From positions 10,953,995 through 11,017,994 of the forward strand of contig CM082585.2 of the NCBI GenBank assembly GCA_040954595.2: a DNA stretch of 64,000 nt. Reading direction: 5' to 3'. Positions 52,383 to 64,000 of this stretch are shown in pieces. Made by a program: the position numbers and the translations under genes. The DNA is from Balanoglossus misakiensis (lineage: Eukaryota > Animalia > Hemichordata). Within the stretch, counting starts at the first letter, position 1. Every line of letters begins with the position of its first letter. Below the pieces are notes generated by a model. It was not told the DNA's origin and did no database searches. It was given only the letters and a program-made list of their open reading frames with translations.

Positions 52383-55300
52383 CGTACTTATCAGATGCAC
52401 AATCCAGGTTTTTGTAGTTTCATGCACACTTAATCATCTATATATATATAAATTTGTCGTATTTAATGTGGAACTCTATTTTATTGATATTCATCTGCCA
52501 GGCGCCAGTTGACTATCACCCACTCTACCCACGTACAACTCCGCATATCTCTTCCAAGGTGTTCAGATTTATTGTCTAACTATGAATGTGCTGTAAGATA
52601 CACCCATGGTCTAACCGTAGTCTCTGGTTTAAGTGTCATAGCAAGAAAGACAGATTATTGACACATTTATTCATCTCAATTTTAGTGAAAATTAACAGAT
52701 AGCATTCTGCAACAACTACATGTACATGAATGGATAATTCTGTACAGTTTCGACCCTGCATTTATAGGCTTTTCCTGCATTTATAGGCCTACATGTACAT
52801 CAAAACACTCCCACGAGGAAGATATAAAAACAAAAAATTCATCAGGACTTATTCCTACCTTAAATAGACTTTTGCTGCCTAGGTGAGTGAGGAAAATCAC
52901 TCATGGTCGACATGGCACAAAAATGGTGCCCGGGCCCAATGGCGGGAACTTTAGGCTATGGCCTTAGGTGGCAAACAGAACAGTGACAGAATGTGAAGAT
53001 ACCATTTTGTAATTACCCGTGAGTCGTCATGATATACTGGGCCAATAGGGAGCATTTTCATGTGATGCTTTTGGCACCCCTCTCCACTCCATTTCAAGGA
53101 CATTCACGAATAAATGCAAATTTTTATTAAGACAAATGCCACCTGGATCGCACTAGAAACACCTAGCATGTGTATGACTTCCTAGTGCCATGGCAACACA
53201 ATAGTCTTACTCCCACACTGTACTTAAAGCTCCATACTGCCACTGGCAGTAAATCGCATAAAGTAGTTGCATACAACAGCAGTCTTAGTATCGCAGTCCA
53301 GTCATGGTGAATCACACGTCATTGTATAGTTAACACATGAAAAAATACACCAACTCTATATCCAGTTCATCTGTGTACAGCGAAATCTGATGATGAAAAA
53401 AGTTAATGACCGACCTAGTATTTTATTTTCTCACTACAATCGACAAAATAACTTGTCACATGAATTTCTGAACACTTACTACTAAGAAGTACATTCGGAC
53501 GAAACTGAATGTTTCTTGGTAGAAAAATTATTATAGCTTAATTAGTAAAAAAGGACAAAGTCCGCGAAAAGGAAAAATAAGAATATAAGGTAATAAGAAC
53601 TTGGAAAATGTTAAATGGATTGAGAGAGTGCCTCCGTTTTGATTTATGGTGGGTTCAGCCCATGTTAAAGAACTGTCGTCATAGTGGCCCCTAACCTACC
53701 CAAAATTCATGGTAATGTATGCACAATATTTGGCGTCGATAAGGGGCACTAATTCAAGGTAACCCCCTACCCAGCAAACCCGTGTTGTGTACATGAGCAT
53801 TGTTAGTCGCTGAAACCATGCCATGGTTATCCTACGTGTGTTGAAGTCTGAACATTGTAATTAAGGACGATATAAAACCTTATCGATTTGCGGTGGTGGC
53901 CCAGTCGAGCAGTTGCATTCTGGAGAAGTCACCGTGGCGTTTGGGGTATCAGACATTTGTTTTTCTAAATTGCCAAACTTCACATCATAGTACATCGCAG
54001 GCACCGCCAAAAGTAGACCACAAAACTTGCACTTGTGAAGGTAAGCATAGAGAGATACTGTTATCCTTACTTTAATGTTGGGATATTTTCATGTTTTGTG
54101 TCATGGATGCACAACTGTTATATATTTAATTGAGAAAGTTAAAAGTGAAATTCACAAGAGTAGTTGGCATTTCTGTACAGAATTAGATTTCTATTGAGAT
54201 TTTCTTTGTCTCGCAAAATTGTTTGAAAGTGGATTCTCTATCGATTCTCCTTGTCAACCGTGACCAGATATTGGTTGCATTTGTCTTCCACTTGAGGCGT
54301 AAATGTGTAATAACCAGAAACCCAGTCAAGACAGGTCTAGTTTTGCTTTTCAAATCTGCTGAACCACTATCAAATTTAATGCTCTGGAAACCACTGACAA
54401 TTCTTGATAATTTGACCTCGAACCTCCGATTGGAGATGTTCGAACACCATCTTACGACAACGCAGGCAGGTTGTGTTTTTACATATACCTTCAGTCAATA
54501 TCTCGCAGCAAGCACTCGTAACCACCGAACCATGAACGCCCATATGTTAGACACTGATATATTCCCTTTTAAACATCTAACCAATCAAGAACATTTCAGT
54601 CTCCTAGTAAGTCGACGATAGCTAGTGTTGTTATAGAATTGAAAAGATCGGAATACTTGATGCAATCCGGCTACAAAATGTCTGAATGGGATTGCTATGA
54701 TACTGAATTGAATAAAAGCTACTACACGCACCAGGAAAAAAATATTAACACGAAACAATTAAATGTCTCCAGTAGCAAAAACAGCTACAGTGATCTGCTA
54801 ACAGGATAAATGAACTAAAAAATGTCAAAAGAAAAAAGTTATTATTTTTTTGTTTCCTTCGACCTGTCAACTATCCGATCATATTGGTCACTATGGTTGG
54901 AGATGCAAAGTATATGCTACCCCTTGGTAAACAAAAGCCGATGGCAAAGACATTAGTAATAGAACCCCAAAGAAACATTTGGATAGGCTCATTTAGAGAA
55001 TATAAGGGGCTTAACGGCTGAACGAACCTGATGCTGTATCCATGGGCCCATCACCGCTCATTCATATCGCAACTCAAGGATCTTGTAGTCAGCATCGATT
55101 AATTGGTGAGGCGGCATGGGCAGAAAGCAGACGGCTCTTTGGGGCAACGCCAGAGTTTGAGTTGTCAGGCAAAACACTACAACGCTCTTTTAGTTTTATC
55201 GACTCGTATAGGGAAAAATGAACTTCAAATAACACTCATCGGAATATAATTATACAAACATGTACAAATGATGCTGTTAGTTGACTATAACAAGCTATAT

Positions 55301-55433
55301 GTCAGTTTGTTGAAGATATTGACATCTCTCAAACAAGCGATGATTTTTTTATTATAGGAAAGTGGCGTCTGGCGAACAGTTTTGAAATTCTTGTTCAAAG
55401 ATATCGTTTCCTGTAGTCTGATTTAGTGATTTG

Positions 55434-55637
55434 TAAAAGGAGACATCTGGTGTCACTCGTTCAATATTAATGAGTTATTTACCTGATAAAGAGTAGTTTA
55501 TGATCATTCATGTCAACGTCGAACCCGATTTAACAGCTACAGTCATGCAATGCTAGAAGTGTTTAATTTGGTCATATTTGATAACAGAGAACAAATACTG
55601 AATATAAAACCAAATGTTACAGCTAATGTCCCTTTAA
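55434..55637. mobile_element. Degenerate Kolobok-like MITE remnant
   Basis: Left end TAAAAGGAGACATCTGGTGTCAC vs reverse complement of right end TTAAAGGGACATTAGCTGTAAC, with a TTAA-type right boundary. Confidence 0.3.
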
Positions 55638-56243
55638 TATGTATATTGTCCATTTTCATTTTAAAGGATGGCACCCATGTATACTGTTATGCAAAAATAG
55701 TAGGTGTGACATATTGGTGAGGGTGGTGGGTTTCATCACTATCCTTGGGGTCATTGGGAATTAGCAATTCTCTTAATCTCTCTTTGTGTAACTGTCCTTG
55801 GTGAATCCTGTCATTTTAAAGCGTCATTCATCTTCTTGTAAGAAGCCGGGATAGGCATGTTTACACATTTTTTTGACTATTTCGGTTCCAGAGAAGACTT
55901 GACTGCATTGTTGCCAGGGTGTGACGTATACGACTATGTCACATTTACAGATTCCCGAAGAAATTATGCGATGTGTACACGTGATCAAACTTTTCCTAGA
56001 CACGTTTTCCTCCTGTCAAATATATTCGAACTATCTGAATCGTTTTAATGTTGTTATTTTGCATCTGTATTGGAAGCATATATCGTTGAGTTCTCTTCCT
56101 ATATCGACTCGGCAATGGAGAAATTTCAAAGTTTATTTGATCTGTGATGTGATTGGTGTTGTTGAAGTATGGCAAATTTGAAATCAATACTGTCGTCGCC
56201 ACTGATTCATAAGTGCCTGTGATCGTTCAGGTGGTGTCTGAGG

Positions 56244-56668
56244 TGACGTCATTGCTTGACGGGTTCCCCATATCAAATCTATTTTCTAACCGACCTGGAG
56301 AATTAAACGCTGGTGCTCCTATACAACTTGCTTCAGCCTCGTGGTTGGAAACTTTACATCAGACCATTTCAGACATCGTGCTCTTAGCATTAGAGGGAAA
56401 AATCCTGAAAGTTATCATATTTATACTTGAATAAAATCAAGAGAAGTGGTCATAGTTGCTTGGCAACCAAGTGGCCCATAATTTCATCCTTGAATTATGA
56501 GAGTGTTGACAAAATGTACTTTTGCACTCAGTTTGAACATACCGGTATATACCTACAAACTCGAGAAAAATGTAATCAGTTCAGACAAGACTAATGAATG
56601 AGACCAATCTGAAAACAAAATCGAATCCGAGGCCAACTTTAGCTTATTTCAAGATGGCGTTGACGTCA
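56244..56668. promoter_or_regulatory. Putative enhancer: two full CREs and an RFX X-box upstream of the neuropeptide coding exon
   Basis: TGACGTCA at 56244-56251 and 56661-56668, GTTGCTTGGCAAC at 56455-56467, and a YY1-like CAAGATGGCG at about 56650. Motif matches only. Confidence 0.35.
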
Positions 56669-57771
56669 TAGCTGTTTGTGTGGGGTCAACTGGCACATCT
56701 ACGCCCAAACCCATCTACTCAAAAACATTTCCCCTCAGGATTATCCCTGTATGTAACAAAAGCATCAATGACAACTGTATTAAACAATACTGTTGTAGCC
56801 AATTGCAGATGTACACGTGACCTCCAGAAAAAGATTGTGTGTTGTAGTTATCATTTAGTTACATCACGTGAAAGTGCCCAGCGCGAGAATGTTTTCCGAA
56901 ACAGTTTCATGTGTTTCGATACCTTTTATCGAAAGTATCCTGCTGCGCTTTTCCATTTTAATTCATATATATTCAACTCTCTGAGACGATTCTCAAAGTT
57001 AACGACAGGTGGAGGAATTAGGCAACGCTGAAAAATAATGTAGACCGCTATTAACGATGTGGGCACATTGTCGCCATGCAATTTTAAATTGCAAATGAAG
57101 AAAAGGTTGCTTGCCGTTAGACACAAGTTTTGTATGCTTCTATGAGATTTGTTCAATGGTTTATGCACTGATTTCGCTTTCTTTGTTAACCCCACCTAAA
57201 ATAGTCTTCTCATTTTGCACTCTTATCGCTATTTCTTTGCAATGTTTTGTGTTGCCTTTTCAAGGCCTTCTGATGTTTTGCAGAGCATTCTGTTAATTGA
57301 CATAATTTGGCTGATGCTTTGTCTGTGTTATAACTGCAATTATAATTGCAGTGCAATATTGTTTCAGTTGACTATGTTATGGTCCTGACAGGGAAACTGA
57401 AAGTTTTGTGCACACAACACTGAAATAGGGAAAGACTAAAGGTGTCACAATCAATCATGATTTAATCTAGTATCTTAGATTTTGCATTTTTGCCTATTTG
57501 AGATGACTATCGTCAATGAAATACATGGTATTCAAGTATTACTTTTTATAGGAATGTATCGATTATTTAAGTGTTGCAAAATAACCATATTGCTATGCGA
57601 CTTTGTACGTATGGGAAAATATGCATTTTGTCGCGAGGGTAAGCGATCTATAGCAACGGTACTCATAGTTAAACAACAGTGTTTGCGAACACAAAGTCAC
57701 TAAATACCATATCTATTAGTTTATATAGTAGCGTTTCTGACTTTCTTTCTCTGAATTGTTTTTGATTACAG

Positions 57772-60700
57772 ATGAGGACGACAATAGTGATAGTTTTGAC
57801 TATTGTTATCTTTACTGCAATTTTCCACGTCAATGCAGAATATGAACGTAGCGAAGGAGATCCACTTTCCAGACTGCAGAAATCGCTTTGTCAGACGGAC
57901 CCATCATACACAGGCATTGTCGCAAAGGTCAGTATAAAACCATTGTGATTGGCATGGATCTCATTATAGCGTTGGGGCTAATGACACTGTGCATACATTT
58001 GTACAGTTGGCGTTTTAGTTGATAGCTGAGAAAGTAATCAAGATATTCCTTCTTGACAGTAAAAGGATATGTTCCATCTGTCTTCAAAAATTCACGTTTG
58101 GATCCACGTGTCTTGCTTTGTCACGGACTGGTGTGTTTTATTGGTGCAGATTATGAAATCGCTCAGAAAGCTGGTAAAAATGTGACTTAATTGTCGCTTT
58201 CAAATCTACGGTACAACCCAGTGTTTATTAACACAGGGGCGCCATTTTGTTGATTGCATTGGTTTAGATCTGGGATGACAGCACAAAATGTTTACATTTC
58301 CGCCTTCAGCTTGTAAGGCTTCTTATCCGTTCGTGATCAGTGAAACAGTACTCATGCTTCCTGCTTCAGTACAGACACAGAGGAAACAGGCTAAGGTTTG
58401 CAGTTGAATGGAACGGAAACTTCTCTGATATTAAAATATTTAGTCCACGACCATATCACGTTTACATGAGTTTCTGATTATACTGCCATTGTGGAGAATT
58501 GCTGAGTCGTTTTGGTATCGGTCTTTCGAGAAGAGAGAAACTTCTTCTTTCTAATAAATGTCCAAACTCTCCATCGTCGCCATCTATTGGGTTGTCTTCC
58601 TTGGCTTGACCGACTGTGCTAAATAAATAGTGTGTCAAGAACACATTGGAAGTTGATTTTATTATTTATTGGCAGGGGAGGGGCAAATCATGAAGTTTAA
58701 TATAATGGAGTTTATTAAGGCATATCGACTCATTCATTATATTCAAGCATTCCCTGTGCAGAACAAAGGAAAAACGAGATTTATTAGCGTGCATCGGTTG
58801 CAGAAATAGTTGATGGGATTTCCCTTCATGTAAGAAATAGACAGCTCATCTGATCTATCAAATGGGTTTCTACGCCATCGTAACGCCACTCAAGCTTTTA
58901 CATTCAGTCAGCTAGGAATGTTTCCGGCGCGATGAATTGCAATCGGATTGTTTTCTCTGTTTTATTGCCTTGTCTGTAACTTAAACGTAACCATCGATTG
59001 ATCCCACATGACTTGACGCCCAGACAAATCACGAAATTCCATAATTAATAGACGACCAAGTTCCAGTGCACAGGATCAGTCTGTTTATCCTTCTAACTGT
59101 CATTTACATGGCACCTGAATTTAGTTAGCGGCTTCCACACAGTCATGTGTAATTAATTTGTGCTATTTTCCCGACCGGTCTGGTGTTCATATTCGCTGAT
59201 CGTGGTCTATCTAGTCAACTAAATAGAACAAGGCTTGTCTTTAGCATAATGAGCTCCGTAATCAAAAATAAAATAAAGCAAGTGACACCGCGTACCGGAA
59301 CAAAGTATTGTTGCCTGATATCGCACTTAATTACCAAAGATTGTTGTCCGCGTTTGATTTAAATATGATGAAATATTTATAGTGATCGACTCGGAGTCGG
59401 GATGGACTGTGTCTAGCGGCAAACTGAGATGGCTCCATGAGTAAAATAGAAGCAAATTATCCTACCTTCATTAGCTTATAGGTATCTTAACTTTAACATT
59501 CAATTTTACGAGGCATCGCGAGATCTCCGCACCTTTAATAGCCAGGAAAACCTTTAGTGACGGTCGGCAAACTATCTCCCCTGGAGCCCCAGTTATCTTA
59601 ATGATCTCACTATTGGTTATTTACCTGCATTAACATGTTGGACATAGCAAGCTGATACGCACAGTCGATAAGAACAAATAAAAGCAGTAACATAATATAC
59701 ACAGAAGACGTCGGCTTTGATTATTATGGGAATATTTGTAGCGACAGAAATCCCGAGCCATTATAACCAATTTCCATTAAAGATGTACATGCTGAATATT
59801 CTCGGTCTTTCTGTTTATATCTACAATGTTCTAAACGGCACCGCCAAAGGATGAGTCTCAAACTCCAATACAATGCAACAATAATTCCGTGTTATCACTT
59901 CCACGAAAAGACAAGTTCTATTGTGTGTCGATTAACTGTGAGAGAATTTTTTTCTCTATGACGCAGTGACGTGTTAATTGTGAGATCTCGCGAGACTTAT
60001 TTAATCATCGTAGCAACAGGAATGCAAGTCAAGCTTTGTATGAAACTAGAAAAATTGTAGAGTTGAACAAAAATTGTAAATTTTGTGCACTATGGGTCAT
60101 GTGTTGTTTGTCCTGCTTCACATGAGAATGTCCAATATAAACTTCCTAGCTTAGCGAGATCTCGCAGGGTCTCGTGGAGTTTTGAAAACGGTCTATTAAA
60201 TTAGAAACTTCTGGTTGATTTTTTGGTTAACATTGCCTATAACGTGTAGGATATATGCTGCTTTGGAAATGTGTACCCACTCCTCCATGAAGAAAGCACA
60301 GGGTGATCAAACATGTATCTGCTCACATCCGGTGACATGCTATGTGAGATAATTACTCGGTAGTGCGGGCGAATATTCAGGCGTATAGAAACCTGTCTTT
60401 GTGTTTTCATCGTGCTGGGTGCAGGAAATCTAATATCATGGGGTGTTGTTTAGCTGAGAGCTCTTCACGACTCGACACGAGGAGAGACACTCGATGAAAC
60501 AAACCCTGCATTTCACTGTAGGAGGATTCAAAAAGCCTGGTAGCTGTTGTTAATCTCCGTTGTGACCGGACCGTATGTGTGAGCCTACAGCGTCAGTGTT
60601 GCTTGCAAGGTAGTGTTCCCACTGATGCACAGATCGCCTGTTGTCGGGTTCTGCACGCGAGATTAAATCAACAGAATGTTCAAATCTCGCCATTTTGGCG

Positions 60701-62047
60701 CCAACACAACCCAAGACATTGAGCGTCGGACGTTTTTATGATTGTTACGAATGAAATGGAATAGCCACTCTCCAGGCTGATTACCCTCTATGGAGTTTTA
60801 TAATGAGTGAATTAAAAGCTTTTTGTTGTTGTGAGGGCTTGGTGGATAAACGAAAAAAGCAAGACATTTTCCAAATATCTAAAAGTAGCCAACAGAATTG
60901 GCTCGTGTAATTGACAAGCGTAATTACCTCCTGGTAAATGGGTCGGATTTCTTTTGAATAACCTTATGGTTCAATACTTGCAGGTTTTTATTTAGTATTG
61001 CAGTGAGTTCAGCCTAACAGATATCCCGAGGTTGTGTATGCCTTGTTTACATTTGTAGCGATGCATCATAATCAGATATAAAGAGGGAGGGGTTGGAAGG
61101 CTATTTTTTTTTGCCTACACCGACCATCCATCTCAAATACCCCATAAAAGCTCTAAGCACCATCGGCAAAACACATGATCATTTCCCAACCACATGCGAC
61201 AAAACAGAACGAAAAGGACGCTTCGTATCATTGACGTCGCAGTAGGATTCCTCCTCGGGGAAGAAAATTTCTGATAAAAAATTACAGACCTTCAGATCAC
61301 CCTGTTATTTAGGATCATGAACTATTAGTATTACTATAAGGTACTCGCATCTTCAATTTAGGAAAATCATTTTTTTCATTGGATACGTACAGACTATAGC
61401 TGATATTTTGAATTGAAACTTTGATAATTAGGCCATGTTTGATCTCTTAAATATGTTGAGATATATATTCTATAAAGGACACTATGTAAACTTGTCCTTG
61501 GGCAAGGCATAAGAAATCGGTTCATAATATTATTTTGAGGGCGGGTACAATGTTCAATAGGATTGTGTCAACTCGAAGACACTTGTCGGCACAAAGAGAA
61601 AATTCTTTTTCCTGTTTATACACAATTAAAGTGACAATTTCCATTGAGTATTTTTAAACATTTGCTAACATTCTGATCAGAGGTTGCCGTGCAACTTGAA
61701 ACCATATTGCAACTGATTGATTGATTGACTGAGTGGTTGGTTGGTTGATTGATTGGTTTTCATACGTACTATTATTGTAAAGGTATAACGCATAGGTTAG
61801 GTGTTATTTCGCTCACGTGCGTTGTTCGCAGTCCCTGTTTGTTTTCACCGACTTATGTGAAATTCAATTCCCAGCTTTAAGCCAACCTGACATTTCGTTG
61901 TTTCTGTCTCTTTCCTTGCAGAGCCCCGGGAAAACAGGACACGGAGGCGTCGGACACACTTACAAAAGCACAGGCTTGATGTTCGGGAAAAGATCCGGGA
62001 AAGGACCCAGCTGGCTCCATAAGATTATGATGGAAACTATATGTTGA
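57772..62047 (+). CDS. Neuropeptide precursor (93 aa) yielding one C-terminally amidated LxFamide (SALMFamide/GxFamide-like) peptide
   Basis: Exon 57772-57927 (ag|ATG...AAG|gtcagt, phase 0) encodes MRTTIVIVLTIVIFTAIFHVNA-EYERSEGDPLSRLQKSLCQTDPSYTGIVAK, a basic/hydrophobic/V-N-A signal peptide plus propeptide. Exon 61922-62047 (tttccttgcag|, phase 0) encodes SPGKTGHGGVGHTYKSTGLMF-GKR-SGKGPSWLHKIMMETIC*. G-K-R is an amidation donor plus dibasic convertase site. Confidence 0.8.
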
Positions 62048-64000
62048 AGTTCTAAGAAGTTTCGGAGGATGTAACGTACAAAAAGTAGTGCCCAAAAACA
62101 GAGGTCTCCCTTATCACCGCATCACGCATGCCCAAACTGAATGTCATTAACAATTTACCAATTGAAACATATAACATATCAGTTTCATTTCCCTGAAAAC
62201 ATGGTATTTTTCAAGCGCCCAACCATTTTGTCAATCACAGTTACAATTTCTTTCAATGTGTGTGAGCCCTGTCATTTTAAATAATTAGACTTAATATCAT
62301 TGTTCATTATTTTAACCTGAAAAAATCGTTGTTTTCAATTTTACGACATAACCAGTTAGCTCCTGAAATGACATAATTGGATCTGTTGAACTCCTTTATC
62401 TCCTGATCATTGCGTAACTATATACCTCCGCTGTATGGCAAATGATTTTAACTGTTTCTTTCTTTTTGAAAGTGGTGAAATGTTCATTAAAGGATTAATA
62501 CAATGAAGTTGATTATAATGAATGTGTGACATCATGATCCCAACTGTGCACGAGAAAATATGTGAATTTACTATTATTGTATTAACTCTCATGTGAAACA
62601 GAAATCAGCTTTGTGTACACATAAGCAAATCTCAACTGTGCTAAAATATCAACATTGAATTATGCCATGATACTATAGTAATGAATGAGCATGTATCTTT
62701 TGTATAATAATAAGTGAATGTTTCTGCAATAATTTATTTTTGGACAATTTTTGATAGACTAAACGTTATCAGCTAGACCATTTGGGGAAACATCTTGAGC
62801 CTTGCTAAATCATCCACAAAAGAAAAAAGAAAATGGCCATTCAGTATTTTACGTTTTGTCATATTGTGTTAAGGACAAAGAGGGATTAAAAAGTGCCAAA
62901 ACAATATCAGAGCGGGACGGGGATAATAGTGTTTTTCATCATTTGGTATTACAACAAGATTATATCGAAATAATAGGGTTTGCTTAAGCTGTTACCATTT
63001 ATTTAGTATTTGGTTTACACTGCTCGTGACAAGTTCAGTTTATATGGGAAGAAAGGCAAAAATACTTAAGCCTTTACACGCCTGTAGATATTAACATTCA
63101 TGCCTTTGTATATGTTAAGTGTGTAGATACCAGAGATGTATAAAAAATCAATGGTTTCAATTTGCATTTCCAAGGTTTGTTTCAAATTTCACTAGTTTAC
63201 AATCTCTTGATTTACATGTTTCTTCATTGTCACGTGACCCTTGCAGAGTTCATTGCGATTTGCGTAAGGATATTTTAGTCTAGTTGCCGGAGTTCACAGT
63301 ACAAAAATTACACGTTGGCCCTAATTAAGTGTCTTACCCAAAGTTATCTTGTAATAGACAGTTAAGAATACAAGTGAAATGACGCCAAAGATACGAATAT
63401 TTGAAAGTTTATGAGATGGAAACCGTGTTTCCTAGTCCATCATGAAGGGATGAATCGATTGAGTTTGCATACAAATGATGCGAAAACGGCTATCTGAATT
63501 TCTCTATCACAGGTGCTTACAATTGACTATCTTGTACGGTTGATGAAGCACGTTTTCAGAATCTTAACATTTCTTCCATGTCAAGGAGAATGAATTGTGA
63601 TTCGTCTGGTGGTACTGCTTGCATGAATACGTTATCAAGAACAGAAAAAGATGTCACTGTTTATTTTTGCCAATATATCATACGGTTAATAACATTTGGC
63701 CATGCAAACAAGCCTTTTGTAAGAATGAACGATAATATAATAAAATCATCAATCTTACTTTCTGTAAAATATCTTTTAGTTGTCTCGTTTAGTTGTCTCT
63801 TCTTATGTTCCTAATCCAGTTTAATCGACAAAGGCACGGGAAGCCCGATGCATGCTGACCTATGACCCCGTCAATTACTTCACTTTGCTCACAGCAGCCA
63901 TCCCAGAGAATACCCAATTTTGCAACAAGATGTGCTTATCATCTTTGCTATACCTCTATTCGCTAATCCAAGCGTTTCCATCATTTCCCGGTATGGTTTC

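Noticed and set aside
59515-60175. Repeated GAGATCTCGCGAGA-like palindromes (BANP/ZBTB33-type motif)
   Set aside because: Only one full match, with no associated promoter or element boundaries. Too weak to call.
57928-61921. Additional peptide-encoding exons or tandem paralogs of the neuropeptide gene
   Set aside because: A manual scan found no other convincing F-G-K/R-R exon with splice sites. GKR hits at about 52280 and 57637 lack exon context. A small middle exon cannot be excluded.
61922-61993. Assignment as a canonical tachykinin because of GLM
   Set aside because: Chordate tachykinins end FxGLM-amide. Here an extra Phe precedes the amide Gly (GLMF-amide) and the diagnostic Phe is absent, which fits LxFamide better.

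Overview
This is eukaryotic, intron-rich, AT-rich genomic DNA. It is most consistent with an invertebrate deuterostome, probably an ambulacrarian (hemichordate or echinoderm); this is an inference from the protein sequences and cannot be proven here. Left half, minus strand: exon 1 of one SLC22 transporter gene that runs off the window, a frameshifted orphan SLC22 exon, a complete 10-exon SLC22 gene and a complete 18-exon HGSNAT gene. HGSNAT introns carry a Harbinger-type MITE and a 1.74-kb foldback element with IS3EU-like ends and 786-bp inverted arms. Right half: it looks gene-poor in the ORF track, but manual splicing gives a plus-strand 93-aa neuropeptide precursor (signal peptide exon 57772-57927, peptide exon 61922-62047, probable non-coding exon 1 near 43.0-43.3 kb). 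It encodes one amidated peptide ending ...GGVGHTYKSTGLMF-G-KR, which resembles echinoderm L-type SALMFamides and the starfish GxFamide ('tachykinin-like') peptides. Two further small spliced ORF candidates (63 aa plus strand, 70 aa or more minus strand) and several hairpin elements are also present. All gene models were spliced by eye and need RNA-seq confirmation.
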